Assembly: GCA_963712115.1 (NCBI GenBank)
Contig: CAVQGX010000046.1
Location: 89,282-153,281 of the forward strand
Direction: 5' to 3'
DNA length: 64,000 nucleotides
From: an uncultured delta proteobacterium
GTDB taxonomy: Bacteria > Desulfobacterota > Syntrophobacteria > BM002
Position numbers and translations under genes: made by a program. The notes under the pieces were generated by a model, which worked only from the letters and a program-made list of their open reading frames with translations, had not been told where the DNA came from and made no database searches. Positions 39,775-49,773 of the stretch are shown here, in pieces; the first letter of the stretch is position 1; each line of letters starts with the position of its first letter.

Positions 39775-42465
39775 ATGGAAAATAGCAAGAATAGACCATC
39801 AACTACAGACCAGTGGCAACAAAGAATTATCGATTCATGGCAACCTGGCACTCTCATCCTCACCTCGGGAAGCCGGATGGCCAGACAAGTTCTACATCGC
39901 TATCGACTTCAACAAATAGAGAAGAACCACAAAAGTTGGCAGCCTTTGGAAGCCCGGAGCCTCAATGGCTGGTTGAATAAAGGCTGGCAGGATTTGTGGG
40001 AGGATGAATCCCCGGCCGGTTCTTGGCTAAGATTGCACCTTTGGCATGAAATCATTCGTAATAATCCGCCACCCGCCGAGCTACCTTTGGACCTACCTCT
40101 CTGCCAAACGCTGGACCAAACCTATGGGGTGCTTATTCGTCACCTTCTGGACCCCACCGAAGCTCAATATCCCTCGCCACTAATTTCATGGCGGCAGCAC
40201 GTATGTGGAGAATTCATTTCAGCTCTCAGAGATGTGAACCGCTGGCACCCCGCCGAGCTACCCCTGAAAATAGCTGAGGCCATCAATTCAGGTCGTCTAT
40301 CTCTGCCCAAGTATTTAATTCTCGCCGCTTTCGAAGCGGTTGCTCCTATCGAAGAGAAACTCTTCCGTGTGCTCAGCCATAAAACGGATGTGGCGGCTTT
40401 CTCACTTCCCAAAGAAAAATTTGCAAATGTCCAAGCTGTCACCCTGCCGGATCACAAGCAGGAAATTCTCTATCTTGGACAGAAGTTATTGCACTCATGT
40501 CAGGAGTTAAGACCCGGCTCCATAGGGGTTGTAGTGCCCAATTTGGAACTCTACGCCCCTGCTTTGAGAAAGACCCTAAGCACCCTCCTGGGTCAACCAT
40601 CCACTCTTCGTGAGGAAACCTTCAACATAACCCTAGGTACTCCACTTTTGGAACATCCCTTGGTGCAGGCTGCCTTGATACCCTTCAGATTGCTGGGAGA
40701 TGAGGAAAAACGTCACCTTCTGATGCAATTACTTCTTTCACCTTATTATGGAGCCTGGGCCGGGAATAGGAGGCAACTGGCCCGCCTGGACCGACACTGG
40801 CGGGAGATGACTCCTGAAGCAGATCTGGACTCCCTCTATGGCAAAGCCCATAGCAGGGAGCCCAAGTTAGTACCTTACTTATCTCCGGGAGGAACTGATC
40901 TGCTGGAGTTGTTGCTACCATTCCAACACCGCAGCTCCCTTTCGGTCGAAGGATGGAAAGACTCGCTCAATAAGCTTTGGGACCATATTCAATTTCCCGC
41001 CCTGGCTGATGAATCTGATCGAGTTGCTTTCAACCACTTGGAATCAACCTTGAACAGCCTGGTCGCCGATCTTGGTTCCTCGACCATGGATTCCCGCACA
41101 TTTCTTGCGTGGCTTCGACAGGCTCTCTCTGTAGAGACCTTTCAAGTTGCCGGTAGTGAGCAGGCCGGTGTCCAGGTTATGGGGCTAATCGAGTCTCGCG
41201 GCCTTGCCTTCCAGCGGCTATTTCTTTTGGGGATGACCTCAACTGCTTTGCCACAACCGGTAAGACCCCTTCCCTTTCTGGATTTCGAGGAGCGCAGACA
41301 AATACTGGGTGGTACCCTAAGAAGTCAGTATGAGTTTGCCCACGCCGCCTTTCAACATTTGCTGGCAACTGCCCCGGAGATTATCCTCACTAGACCCGAA
41401 GAAATCGAGGGTGAACCTGTTTCAGCCACGCCCTTCTGGCCGACGGGCTGGCAGTCTGCTACCGTAGATTTTTGGACCATACCGGATGCAGCCTGGTCCA
41501 GGGCCCGTTGGTTGCGCTCAGCCTGGAAAGGATTCATTGAGCCGCGTACGGAAGATACTGTAGGGGATCATTTAATCACACCCATTTCCTTTCCGAAATC
41601 ACTCTCGGTGAGCAGTCTGGCCGTTGCTTTCCAGTGCCCCTTCCGCTTTCTCATACAAGAGTTGCTCGAACTTAAACCATTGGCCGAACCTGTTGGCGGC
41701 CTCCGCCCCGAAGATCGAGGCCTGAGTGTTCATAATGTACTTGCCTGCATTACCCGGAAGTTACGGTCAAGGCTACAGGAAGGGAATCTCGATTGGGAGA
41801 TTGTTTTTCCCTCAGTTCAGGAATGTGTGGATGCAGTTCACGAGAAAATGGCTGCAATCCCAACCTGGCAGGTGGAACGTCGCCGTTGGTTGGGCAAGGA
41901 ATTCGGCCTGCTCAAATTATGGTTTCAGCAAGAGCTCAACCACCTCCAAGGGGGATGGCGCTGGCTGGCTGAGGAAATTCCTTTCAAGGGGTTGACCGTC
42001 GAGGGTTGGCCCACTACGCTCAATGGCCGCATCGACCGGGTTGACTTACATCCTGAGTTAGGGTTGCTCTGCTGGGATTATAAGAGCGGCTCCAGTCCTA
42101 AGTTCTCGGGAGTCTTCAGCCACCTGAGCGAACCCCAGCTGCCGGCCTACTTGCTGGCCATAGTTCAGGGTTTAGTAAAGATTCCTGGACACTCTCAACT
42201 CCATGAATATCCACTCCAGGCAGGCTATATAACTCTGAAGTCGGAAAAAGATCTCAAACTTGATCGTCTTGGGGCTGATGCCGAGCAATGGCAGGATTTG
42301 CTCGGTGTCTGGGAAAAACGTCTGGCTGAGCTCGGCCACCAACTACAGCAGGGCGTCTTCCATGCTGAACCTTTGCCTAGTGCCCAGCCGAGAGAGCGAG
42401 AGCGACTTTGTTCTTACTGCGGTCTACTTACCATCTGCGATCGTAAGAATCTTGAGGATAGATAG
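39775..42465 (+). CDS. addB: AddB-like nuclease subunit (inactive helicase fold plus PD-(D/E)xK, Fe-S Cys)
   Basis: FQCPFRF, GRIDRVD, DYKSG, CSYCGLLTIC; upstream of AddA. Confidence 0.78.
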   Translation: MENSKNRPSTTDQWQQRIIDSWQPGTLILTSGSRMARQVLHRYRLQQIEKNHKSWQPLEARSLNGWLNKGWQDLWEDESPAGSWLRLHLWHEIIRNNPPPAELPLDLPLCQTLDQTYGVLIRHLLDPTEAQYPSPLISWRQHVCGEFISALRDVNRWHPAELPLKIAEAINSGRLSLPKYLILAAFEAVAPIEEKLFRVLSHKTDVAAFSLPKEKFANVQAVTLPDHKQEILYLGQKLLHSCQELRPGSIGVVVPNLELYAPALRKTLSTLLGQPSTLREETFNITLGTPLLEHPLVQAALIPFRLLGDEEKRHLLMQLLLSPYYGAWAGNRRQLARLDRHWREMTPEADLDSLYGKAHSREPKLVPYLSPGGTDLLELLLPFQHRSSLSVEGWKDSLNKLWDHIQFPALADESDRVAFNHLESTLNSLVADLGSSTMDSRTFLAWLRQALSVETFQVAGSEQAGVQVMGLIESRGLAFQRLFLLGMTSTALPQPVRPLPFLDFEERRQILGGTLRSQYEFAHAAFQHLLATAPEIILTRPEEIEGEPVSATPFWPTGWQSATVDFWTIPDAAWSRARWLRSAWKGFIEPRTEDTVGDHLITPISFPKSLSVSSLAVAFQCPFRFLIQELLELKPLAEPVGGLRPEDRGLSVHNVLACITRKLRSRLQEGNLDWEIVFPSVQECVDAVHEKMAAIPTWQVERRRWLGKEFGLLKLWFQQELNHLQGGWRWLAEEIPFKGLTVEGWPTTLNGRIDRVDLHPELGLLCWDYKSGSSPKFSGVFSHLSEPQLPAYLLAIVQGLVKIPGHSQLHEYPLQAGYITLKSEKDLKLDRLGADAEQWQDLLGVWEKRLAELGHQLQQGVFHAEPLPSAQPRERERLCSYCGLLTICDRKNLEDR

Positions 42466-42480
42466 AAAAGAGTTTCATCC

Positions 42481-45400
42481 ATGCTGATTGATAATTTGCC
42501 AGACGAACAAACCAGAAATGCGGCGCTAGACATCCGCCGAAGCTTCCACCTGGAAGCCCCGGCAGGCTCAGGTAAAACCTGGCTACTCACCGGTCGTTTC
42601 CTCAGGCTCCTGGCAGAAATTGACCATCCCCATGAGATCGTTGCTCTCACCTTCACCAACAAAGCGGCAGGGGAGATGCGCCAGCGTATTCACGACTTTT
42701 TAAATAAAACAGCCAAGGGGGAAGCTCCACAGTACCCTCATGAGCAAATTCTCCTAGAGGCGGCGGCTGGTGCCAGAGAGCGTCAGCCGGCCCACCGCTT
42801 GCAAGCACCTGATGGCCTGCGAATCATGACCTTCCATGGCTTTTGTCTCCACCTGGTTCAACGTGCTCCCCTGGAAGCCTCGGTCCCACCCGGTTCTAAA
42901 GTGATGCCTGACGAGGAGCAACAACAACTCCGCACTAAAGTAGCCGCCAGCACAATTCAAGATTTGCTTTATCGTCCCTCTGGAGACCCTCTGAGACAGG
43001 CGGTGGAAAATCGACTTCTCAGGTTAAATAATAATTGGCTGGCTCTCAGGGACGAACTCGCTGATTTGCTGGAAAAGCGTGATCTGCTGGATGACCTTCT
43101 AACCCTCATGGGTCGCCATCCGGATAAAGAGCAGCTGGAAGAGATTTTGATCGGGAGGCTGGATCTCTTGCTCAAACTAAGACTTGATAAATGTCGTACT
43201 GCCTTTGAGTCAACCTCTCTGGGAAACAATTGGTCCAATTTTGTCGGTCATCTGCATAAACACGGCGCTGAGGCTGCACATCTTTTGCCTGAAATTTTGC
43301 CCCCTGCCGAGGGCTCGAAACTTGAAAACTGGCAAGAAATAGCCACAACCCTCACCACCCTTGAAGGAAACCCGAGAAAAAGACTAGGTCCTGCTGCCGG
43401 CTTCTACAGAGGGTTCAATAATACTGCCTGGGCGGAAACAATTCAGGAACTTTCTTCTGAAAGTTTGGAAAATTTACAGAACATCAAAAGACTCCCCCTT
43501 TTGGCCGATGGTATAGCGAATCTCGACACTCTCTATGATCTGGTCTTGGTGGTGGGGGAGGCGCTAAATCGCTACCGGTCAATCTGCCGACAACGACGTC
43601 TTTTAGACTACGTCGAATTGGAACAGGCTGCACTTCGTCTTTTTGACCAGGAAAGCCCCACGGATTTGCAGCTATTCTTAGACCGAAAAATTAAACATCT
43701 CTTGGTGGACGAATTTCAGGATACCAGCCGAAGTCAATGGCTGCTGCTTCAAAACCTATGTAGCGGCTGGCAGGCTGACTCCGCTAGGACCCTCTTTGTT
43801 GTGGGAGATCCAAAACAGTCTATTTATGCTTTCCGTAAAGCTGAGGTGTCTCTTTTCCTGGAAGCCACGAAAGGTTTACCCCTTCCGGGTCAGGACCCCT
43901 TTCCCCTGAATAGTCTCCAGCTTCTTGCCAACTTCCGTTCACATCCCCGCCTAGTTCATTGGCACAATCAGATTTTCGCTCAGACCATCATGAGTCAAGC
44001 TGATGACGAAGCCGACGAGGTGGTCCATGTTTCGGCTGAAGCTCTGGTGACACCTACTCCCGATCAGCTTTCTTTGACTATTTTCTCCTCAGAAAACCAA
44101 GTTGATCATCCCCGAGAGGCCGAAGCAGAATGGCTTGGCCAGGCGGTGCTGCAAGAATTAGAGCACCTGTCTGAGAAAGAAAAGATAGGTATTCTTCTCT
44201 TCGCCCGTACCCACCTGCCTCTCTACCTACAGGGTCTTCAAACCGCCGGCGTGGCAGTGAGGGTACAAGAGGGAGCACCACTTTTGGTGCAAAGGGAGGT
44301 TCTTCACCTGCGGCAGATCGCTCATGCCTTGGTTAGGCCTCAGGACGATTTGGCCTGGGCGGCTCTCCTCCGCGCTCCATGGTCCCAGCTCACCCTAGAC
44401 CAATTTGTCCAGGTTGCCAGCCGACCAGAACCAAGCTGGCCGGACAAGATAAAGACTTTTAAGGAAGACTTCTCAATCATGGGAAAAGTTTGGCAGGCAA
44501 TGACCAAGGCCCGCCAGCGATTGGGCCGGGCTGGTCTGGCAGAACTGGTGGAAAATGTCTGGGTTGAACTCGACGGTCCTGCGGCCGTGGCAAGCAATAG
44601 CTCCACCGCAGGTGTTGCAAATTGCCGCAGCTACCTGGACATTTTAGCTCAGGCAGAGCAAGGACTACCTGAGGACACTTTGGTTAAGGCTGAAATGTTG
44701 CTCCAGAATGCTTATGCCCCACCCGATCCGGGGGCAGCTCCTTCCCCAGTTGAACTGATGACGGTCCATCGGGCAAAGGGGTTGGAATTCGATGTAGTTT
44801 TCCTTCCTTTCCTGGACTGGAACCCATTGAGCGGTGGCCGCCTTTCTCAGCCCCCCTATATTGTGGAGAGATTACCAGGTTCCAGAGGAGAGCACCTGAT
44901 AGCAATGGCTCCGGACCGGCGGCGAGAGAAAACGGCTGGGTTGTATAAGCTGTTGCGAGATATTGGCAACAAAAAGAAACTGGCCGAAGCAAAACGGCTA
45001 TTCTACGTTGCAGTAACCCGGGCACGGAGGAGTCTCTATCTTAGTGGGGTGGTGGGGACAAGGGATGGAGAACTATCTCCCCAAAAGGATAGCCCCCTTT
45101 GGTGGCTCTGCAACCACCACCGGCTGAAGCTGTCGGAGAAGCAAGAGCTCATTGCAGAGAATAATGATTATCTTGATCTTTACTTCAATCCCCTTGTCAC
45201 CCCTAGAATTGTCCATGAAAAAGTTGGGGTCCATGTGCTCCCCGAACCTCTACCATTTTCTCCTGAGCCCTTACCCTACTCCACCCTTGCCCCGTCGCAA
45301 ATGGTAGATTGGGGTCAAGCAAATGCAGAGCACATAGAAGATCCAAACGCTAGGGCAAGGGGGGCGGTTACCCACAGGCTCATTGAACACTTATCCCATG

Positions 45401-45861
45401 GCCGGCCTCTTCCTGAGCCCGTTGCCCTGGTGGCCGCTCTCATTAGCGAAGGGGTTTCGGAGACTGCTGCAAAATCATTGGCAAATGAAATACTCAAAGA
45501 AATTCAGCTTTGCTTGCAGGAGGATTTTTTCAGCTGGCTGTTAAAGCAAGACCACCCTCAGTCCCATAGTGAATGGAGTCTAGAGGATCTGCCAGCCGCA
45601 GATAAAATCCGTACCGGCACCGTGGATCGGATAGTCTTCGATGGCAATGCATGGTGGGTCGTAGACTACAAGACCAGCCGTCCACTAGGCGGCGAGAGCG
45701 TGGATAGCTTTCTCGAGCGGGAGACCCATCGATATAGGCCGCAGCTTCATGCCTATGGAGAGATGGTGGCCAACTACTTCAAGGTAGACCTAAGTTCGGT
45801 TCGAACTGTTCTCTACTTCACCGCACTGCAACGCCAGGTCGAAGTTAAGTCCAACTCCTGA
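42481..45861 (+). CDS. addA: AddA-like UvrD helicase-nuclease
   Basis: APAGSGKT, VDEFQD, GDPKQSIYAFR, HRAKGLEF, YVAVTRA, VVDYKT. Confidence 0.85.
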   Translation: MLIDNLPDEQTRNAALDIRRSFHLEAPAGSGKTWLLTGRFLRLLAEIDHPHEIVALTFTNKAAGEMRQRIHDFLNKTAKGEAPQYPHEQILLEAAAGARERQPAHRLQAPDGLRIMTFHGFCLHLVQRAPLEASVPPGSKVMPDEEQQQLRTKVAASTIQDLLYRPSGDPLRQAVENRLLRLNNNWLALRDELADLLEKRDLLDDLLTLMGRHPDKEQLEEILIGRLDLLLKLRLDKCRTAFESTSLGNNWSNFVGHLHKHGAEAAHLLPEILPPAEGSKLENWQEIATTLTTLEGNPRKRLGPAAGFYRGFNNTAWAETIQELSSESLENLQNIKRLPLLADGIANLDTLYDLVLVVGEALNRYRSICRQRRLLDYVELEQAALRLFDQESPTDLQLFLDRKIKHLLVDEFQDTSRSQWLLLQNLCSGWQADSARTLFVVGDPKQSIYAFRKAEVSLFLEATKGLPLPGQDPFPLNSLQLLANFRSHPRLVHWHNQIFAQTIMSQADDEADEVVHVSAEALVTPTPDQLSLTIFSSENQVDHPREAEAEWLGQAVLQELEHLSEKEKIGILLFARTHLPLYLQGLQTAGVAVRVQEGAPLLVQREVLHLRQIAHALVRPQDDLAWAALLRAPWSQLTLDQFVQVASRPEPSWPDKIKTFKEDFSIMGKVWQAMTKARQRLGRAGLAELVENVWVELDGPAAVASNSSTAGVANCRSYLDILAQAEQGLPEDTLVKAEMLLQNAYAPPDPGAAPSPVELMTVHRAKGLEFDVVFLPFLDWNPLSGGRLSQPPYIVERLPGSRGEHLIAMAPDRRREKTAGLYKLLRDIGNKKKLAEAKRLFYVAVTRARRSLYLSGVVGTRDGELSPQKDSPLWWLCNHHRLKLSEKQELIAENNDYLDLYFNPLVTPRIVHEKVGVHVLPEPLPFSPEPLPYSTLAPSQMVDWGQANAEHIEDPNARARGAVTHRLIEHLSHGRPLPEPVALVAALISEGVSETAAKSLANEILKEIQLCLQEDFFSWLLKQDHPQSHSEWSLEDLPAADKIRTGTVDRIVFDGNAWWVVDYKTSRPLGGESVDSFLERETHRYRPQLHAYGEMVANYFKVDLSSVRTVLYFTALQRQVEVKSNS

Positions 45862-46054
45862 ATATTGCATTAAATTGTCCATTCTCCTAAAACCAATATC
45901 CCCTCATCCAATCAACTATTTATCAATTTAAAATCATCACCAAAAAATTACCCATTTCTTCCGGGTATTAAATGGGTAATTTTCCCAAAACATATCACGG
46001 TAAAAAATGGGTAAAAATTGGAATATTTAGTGAATAGTGCCTAGTGCCTAGTGC

Positions 46055-47326
46055 TTAGTTTTCCACGGAGGTTTCAATGCTCAGGAGCTTGGCGCCCTGC
46101 TTCAGGATAAATTCACCATTTATGGTCTCCCAAATCCAACCGGAATTTCCGTACCCTCCTACGGGCTTGCCAACGAAGGCCCCTTGCCATGACTCCGAAC
46201 GCGGCTGATTCACGGCTATGGTCCCAAAGACCCCAAATTTCATCTCCTCTACCGGGTGGCAATAGGGTTCTCCCACCAGTTCTTCCCCAACCTTCAGGGC
46301 CTCTTGCTCATCCCCGTAGATTGAAGCTCTCAGGCCGTAGCGGTTATCCCGAGCCAAACGAATCGCTTCTTCAGTGGTAGAGAAAGATTGAATAAAAGAA
46401 ACCGGGCCAAAGGTCTCATCTTGCATGCCCAGCATATCATGGGTGGCATCGACCACCACTGTTGGATGGACCAGATTGCCTTCAATTGTCCCACCGAGAA
46501 CGATACGGGCTCCGCGAGCCTCTGCATCCTTTAGCTGAGCTTTGATATTGGCAATTGCTCTAGCGCTTGCCACAGGCCCCATCTGGGTGGCTGGATCTTC
46601 AGGATTGCCCAGCTTTATCGAGCGACTGAGTTCCAGAAATATCTGCAAAAACTCTTCATGGATCGACTCATGGAGATAAACACGCTCGGGGGCGGTGCAG
46701 GTCTGACCAGCATAGATATATTTGGATTCGGCCAGCTCCTGGGCTGCAGCCACTAGGTCACTTCCAGGGAGCACTATGAAAGGATCTTTGCCTGGTCCTT
46801 CGAAGACAAACTTTTTCCCATAATGCTTAATAGAATCTTCATAACGGCCAGCATAAGCATCTGTGCCAAACAGACAGATTGCCGGGGTTTGGGGATCTGC
46901 TATGGCATGCTCAATAAAAGTCTTACCATCTGCATAGTCAAAACTGATGGCATCTCCAAAAATGGGCTGGTAAACTGATTCGGTAAAACTGGCGATCTCG
47001 GAGCCCCGCGAGGCAAACTTAACCCGTACCCGGTTTCCAACCAAATAAATGGAGACTATGGCAGTATTGAGCCAAGCGCTGCCGTTGTAAGGCAAGATTA
47101 GGGCGACTTCTTGCCCAGGGCCACACAGGGGTTGCCTGGCAGCAAAAGTAGGTATCATTGCCTCAAAACCCTTTAAGTTCCTCAGATTGACATCCACTTC
47201 TATACTGCATTCTCGATAGGTGAAACCGGTGTCCCGGATGGCAATCAAAATAAGTTCATCCCGCTTCTCCTTTATCTTTGCTCTCAAACGGTGCACCCGT
47301 TCCAGTCTCTCCTCGATTCCCACCAT
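46055..47326 (-). CDS. Divergent aldehyde dehydrogenase-family protein
   Basis: AGQTC catalytic Cys, ETFGPV, YGLRA; N-terminally short. Confidence 0.8.
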   Translation of the reverse strand: MVGIEERLERVHRLRAKIKEKRDELILIAIRDTGFTYRECSIEVDVNLRNLKGFEAMIPTFAARQPLCGPGQEVALILPYNGSAWLNTAIVSIYLVGNRVRVKFASRGSEIASFTESVYQPIFGDAISFDYADGKTFIEHAIADPQTPAICLFGTDAYAGRYEDSIKHYGKKFVFEGPGKDPFIVLPGSDLVAAAQELAESKYIYAGQTCTAPERVYLHESIHEEFLQIFLELSRSIKLGNPEDPATQMGPVASARAIANIKAQLKDAEARGARIVLGGTIEGNLVHPTVVVDATHDMLGMQDETFGPVSFIQSFSTTEEAIRLARDNRYGLRASIYGDEQEALKVGEELVGEPYCHPVEEMKFGVFGTIAVNQPRSESWQGAFVGKPVGGYGNSGWIWETINGEFILKQGAKLLSIETSVEN

Positions 47327-47686
47327 TTTGTTTACCTCGCCAATTAAAATACATAAGCAAACTTTGGACTATTATCTTATACTGTTGTATTTGTTTGTCA
47401 TCATAAACTTTTATTGCTGCCCGCTGCCCCCTGCGAGCTGTCAGCTGAATACCCTCTTGCTTTTTTCAAGGAGGCCATTATTTTATAGAGCGGTCAGCTT
47501 TCTGATAAATGTCTAAAATGAACTAAAATTTTCAAAATGCCTAAAGTTCTTAAGTAGAGAATTGCTTAAGAAGTCTATTTATGAGCATCTTTGCCCTGTT
47601 GGTGTAAAATTCCCTGACCGTTCGAAGCTTCTTTTTTTACTGAAAGCTGATAGCTGACAGTTATTACTAAGGGCTATTACTAAGGG

Positions 47687-48091
47687 ATGGAGAAAAAGAT
47701 GGAAGAAGAGAAAGTCTATTTCAAGGTGGGCGATGAGGTCTGGCGTAAAGGAGGGTATTTTTACCAGAGAAGTACCATTACAGCTATGGATGGCGATAAG
47801 GTGACCTTAGGAAATAAACAGAGCACCATCGACGAGCTTCTGCCAGTTTCGGTTTTTAAGGTTCCCGAGGCGATTGAGGGGTTAACTTATGAAACCCACA
47901 TTTACGATTATCTTGTATTTAGAACCTACTCCAGCAACCGGGTGACTGATATGGGTAACCGAGAGAAGGCTGAGGGTCTGTATGTGGAGAAACCGGTGTG
48001 CGACAATTACCGGCGTCAGCATTTTCCCGGGCACCCGGCGGGAAAGGCTGATGTTTTGAGGTTGCTTGCTGAGCTTGAGGCACAGACCTAG
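47687..48091 (+). CDS. Hypothetical protein
   Basis: Protein-like 134-aa ORF filling the spacer, FKVGDEV start; co-oriented with downstream genes. Confidence 0.6.
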   Translation: MEKKMEEEKVYFKVGDEVWRKGGYFYQRSTITAMDGDKVTLGNKQSTIDELLPVSVFKVPEAIEGLTYETHIYDYLVFRTYSSNRVTDMGNREKAEGLYVEKPVCDNYRRQHFPGHPAGKADVLRLLAELEAQT

Positions 48092-48171
48092 AATACAGCA
48101 GGCAGCTAGCAGCGGACAGTATTGTCTAATATGCAAGATCTCCCCATCAACCAGAATCGAGGCCGTGGTAA

Positions 48172-49338
48172 ATGATCAGAGCCGAGGTAAAAAAAATAGA
48201 AAATTGGATTAGGGAAGTACGCCGTGATTTCCACAAGCATCCGGAACCGCGGTTCAAGGAAACACGCACGGCCGCGGAAATAGCAGAACACCTACATAGT
48301 ATTGGCCTCGAGGTCAAGACCGGTGTGGGCGGCACTGGGGTGGTGGGCTTGCTTCGTGGTGCTTCTCCCGGCAAGACCTTCGCTATCCGGGCCGATATGG
48401 ACGCCCTGCCAATTGCAGAAGAGACCGGTGCCGATTACGCCTCATGTAATCCTGGTTTTATGCACGCCTGTGGCCATGATGCTCACATGGCCATGGCTCT
48501 AGGCACGGCCCGGGCGCTGGCCTCGTCCTCTGGACCTATAAGCGGCCAAGTCAAATTTATTTTCCAACCTGGAGAAGAAGGTGGACACGGCGCCAGAGAG
48601 ATGATTTCCGACGGAGTTCTAGAGAACCCTAAAGTGGACACTATAGTGGCAGCTCATGTTGCTCCCCTCATACCATTCGGCACGGTGGGCATCTATCTGA
48701 GAGAAGCTTGCGCCTCTGCAGACGCCTTTTACATCAAGATCACCGGCAAGGGCGCCCATGCAGCCTATCCCCACTTGAGCCAGGACCCGGTGTTGGGAGG
48801 TGCTCATTTAATTACCGCTATTCAGTCTATAGTGAGTCGCAACACCGATCCCAGTCGGGGTCTAGTTGTCAGTGTCACCCAGGTTCAGGCTGGTACTGCC
48901 ACCAATGTCATTCCCGAAGAAATAATGATTGCAGGCACGATTCGGGCTCTCAACGATGATGTGCGTAGGCATGCCATGAAGAGATTAGAGGAAATGGCGA
49001 TCTCTATCTGCCAGGCTCATGACCTTCGTAGCCAAGTTAGCTACGGTGACGGATACCCCATTATGAGAAATCACGAGCCCATTAGCCGCTTCGTTGCCGA
49101 AGCAGCCAGCGAAATGCTTGGAGAGGATAAAGTGATCATCCGCCAACCTAAATTCGGCAGCGAAGACTTTGCTTATTTTCTGGCACGCTGCCCTGGAGCC
49201 GGCTATGAACTCGGGTGTTCCAATGAGGCCAAGGGCATAACCAACATGCTGCACACCCCTCAGTTTGAAATTGACGAAGATGTATTGCCCCTTGGCGTTG
49301 AGCTCTACCTCCGCTTAATAGAAAAGTATTTTCAATAG
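48172..49338 (+). CDS. M20D amidohydrolase
   Basis: RADMDALP, MHACGHD, FQPGEE, SEDF. Confidence 0.92.
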   Translation: MIRAEVKKIENWIREVRRDFHKHPEPRFKETRTAAEIAEHLHSIGLEVKTGVGGTGVVGLLRGASPGKTFAIRADMDALPIAEETGADYASCNPGFMHACGHDAHMAMALGTARALASSSGPISGQVKFIFQPGEEGGHGAREMISDGVLENPKVDTIVAAHVAPLIPFGTVGIYLREACASADAFYIKITGKGAHAAYPHLSQDPVLGGAHLITAIQSIVSRNTDPSRGLVVSVTQVQAGTATNVIPEEIMIAGTIRALNDDVRRHAMKRLEEMAISICQAHDLRSQVSYGDGYPIMRNHEPISRFVAEAASEMLGEDKVIIRQPKFGSEDFAYFLARCPGAGYELGCSNEAKGITNMLHTPQFEIDEDVLPLGVELYLRLIEKYFQ

Positions 49339-49388
49339 CTTACAGCTGTCAGCCGTCAGCCATAGTAAATAAGACAAGGAGGGGCACC

Positions 49389-49742
49389 ATGAAAGATTTC
49401 AAGAAGCTAAAGGTGTGGGAGAAGGCTCATCGTCTGACTTTGGATGTTTATCAAACGTCCGCAACCTTTCCGCGAGAAGAGTTATACGGCCTAACTAGTC
49501 AAATTAGACGTTCATGTTTATCAATTCCAACCAACATAGCTGAAGGTTGCGGCAGGTGTAGCGACACAGACTTTGCTCGCTTCTTGCAAATCTCTATGGG
49601 TTCATCGAGCGAAGTCGAATACCTTCTAATCCTCAGTAGAGACTTGCAGATATTAACCAATGATGACTACGAGACACTCAGCGACGACGTTATCCAAATA
49701 AAGCGCATGCTTACCTCACTCATCAAAACCTTGAGAAGCTGA
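49389..49742 (+). CDS. Four-helix-bundle protein (23S rRNA IVS / bAvd-like family)
   Basis: KLKVWEKAH, FPREELYGLTSQIRRS..SIPTNIAEG.GR; AAGGAGG RBS; flanked by inverted heptamer repeats. Confidence 0.92.
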   Translation: MKDFKKLKVWEKAHRLTLDVYQTSATFPREELYGLTSQIRRSCLSIPTNIAEGCGRCSDTDFARFLQISMGSSSEVEYLLILSRDLQILTNDDYETLSDDVIQIKRMLTSLIKTLRS

Positions 49743-49773
49743 TAGCTGATCGCTGACGGCTGATAGCTAAAAT

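Noticed and set aside
45944-46020. AAAATTACCCATTT inverted repeat plus a third partial copy
   Set aside because: Lies between convergent genes and is adequately explained as a bidirectional terminator.
49389-49742. Diversity-generating retroelement suggested by the bAvd-like gene
   Set aside because: No reverse transcriptase and no TR/VR pair seen in the window.
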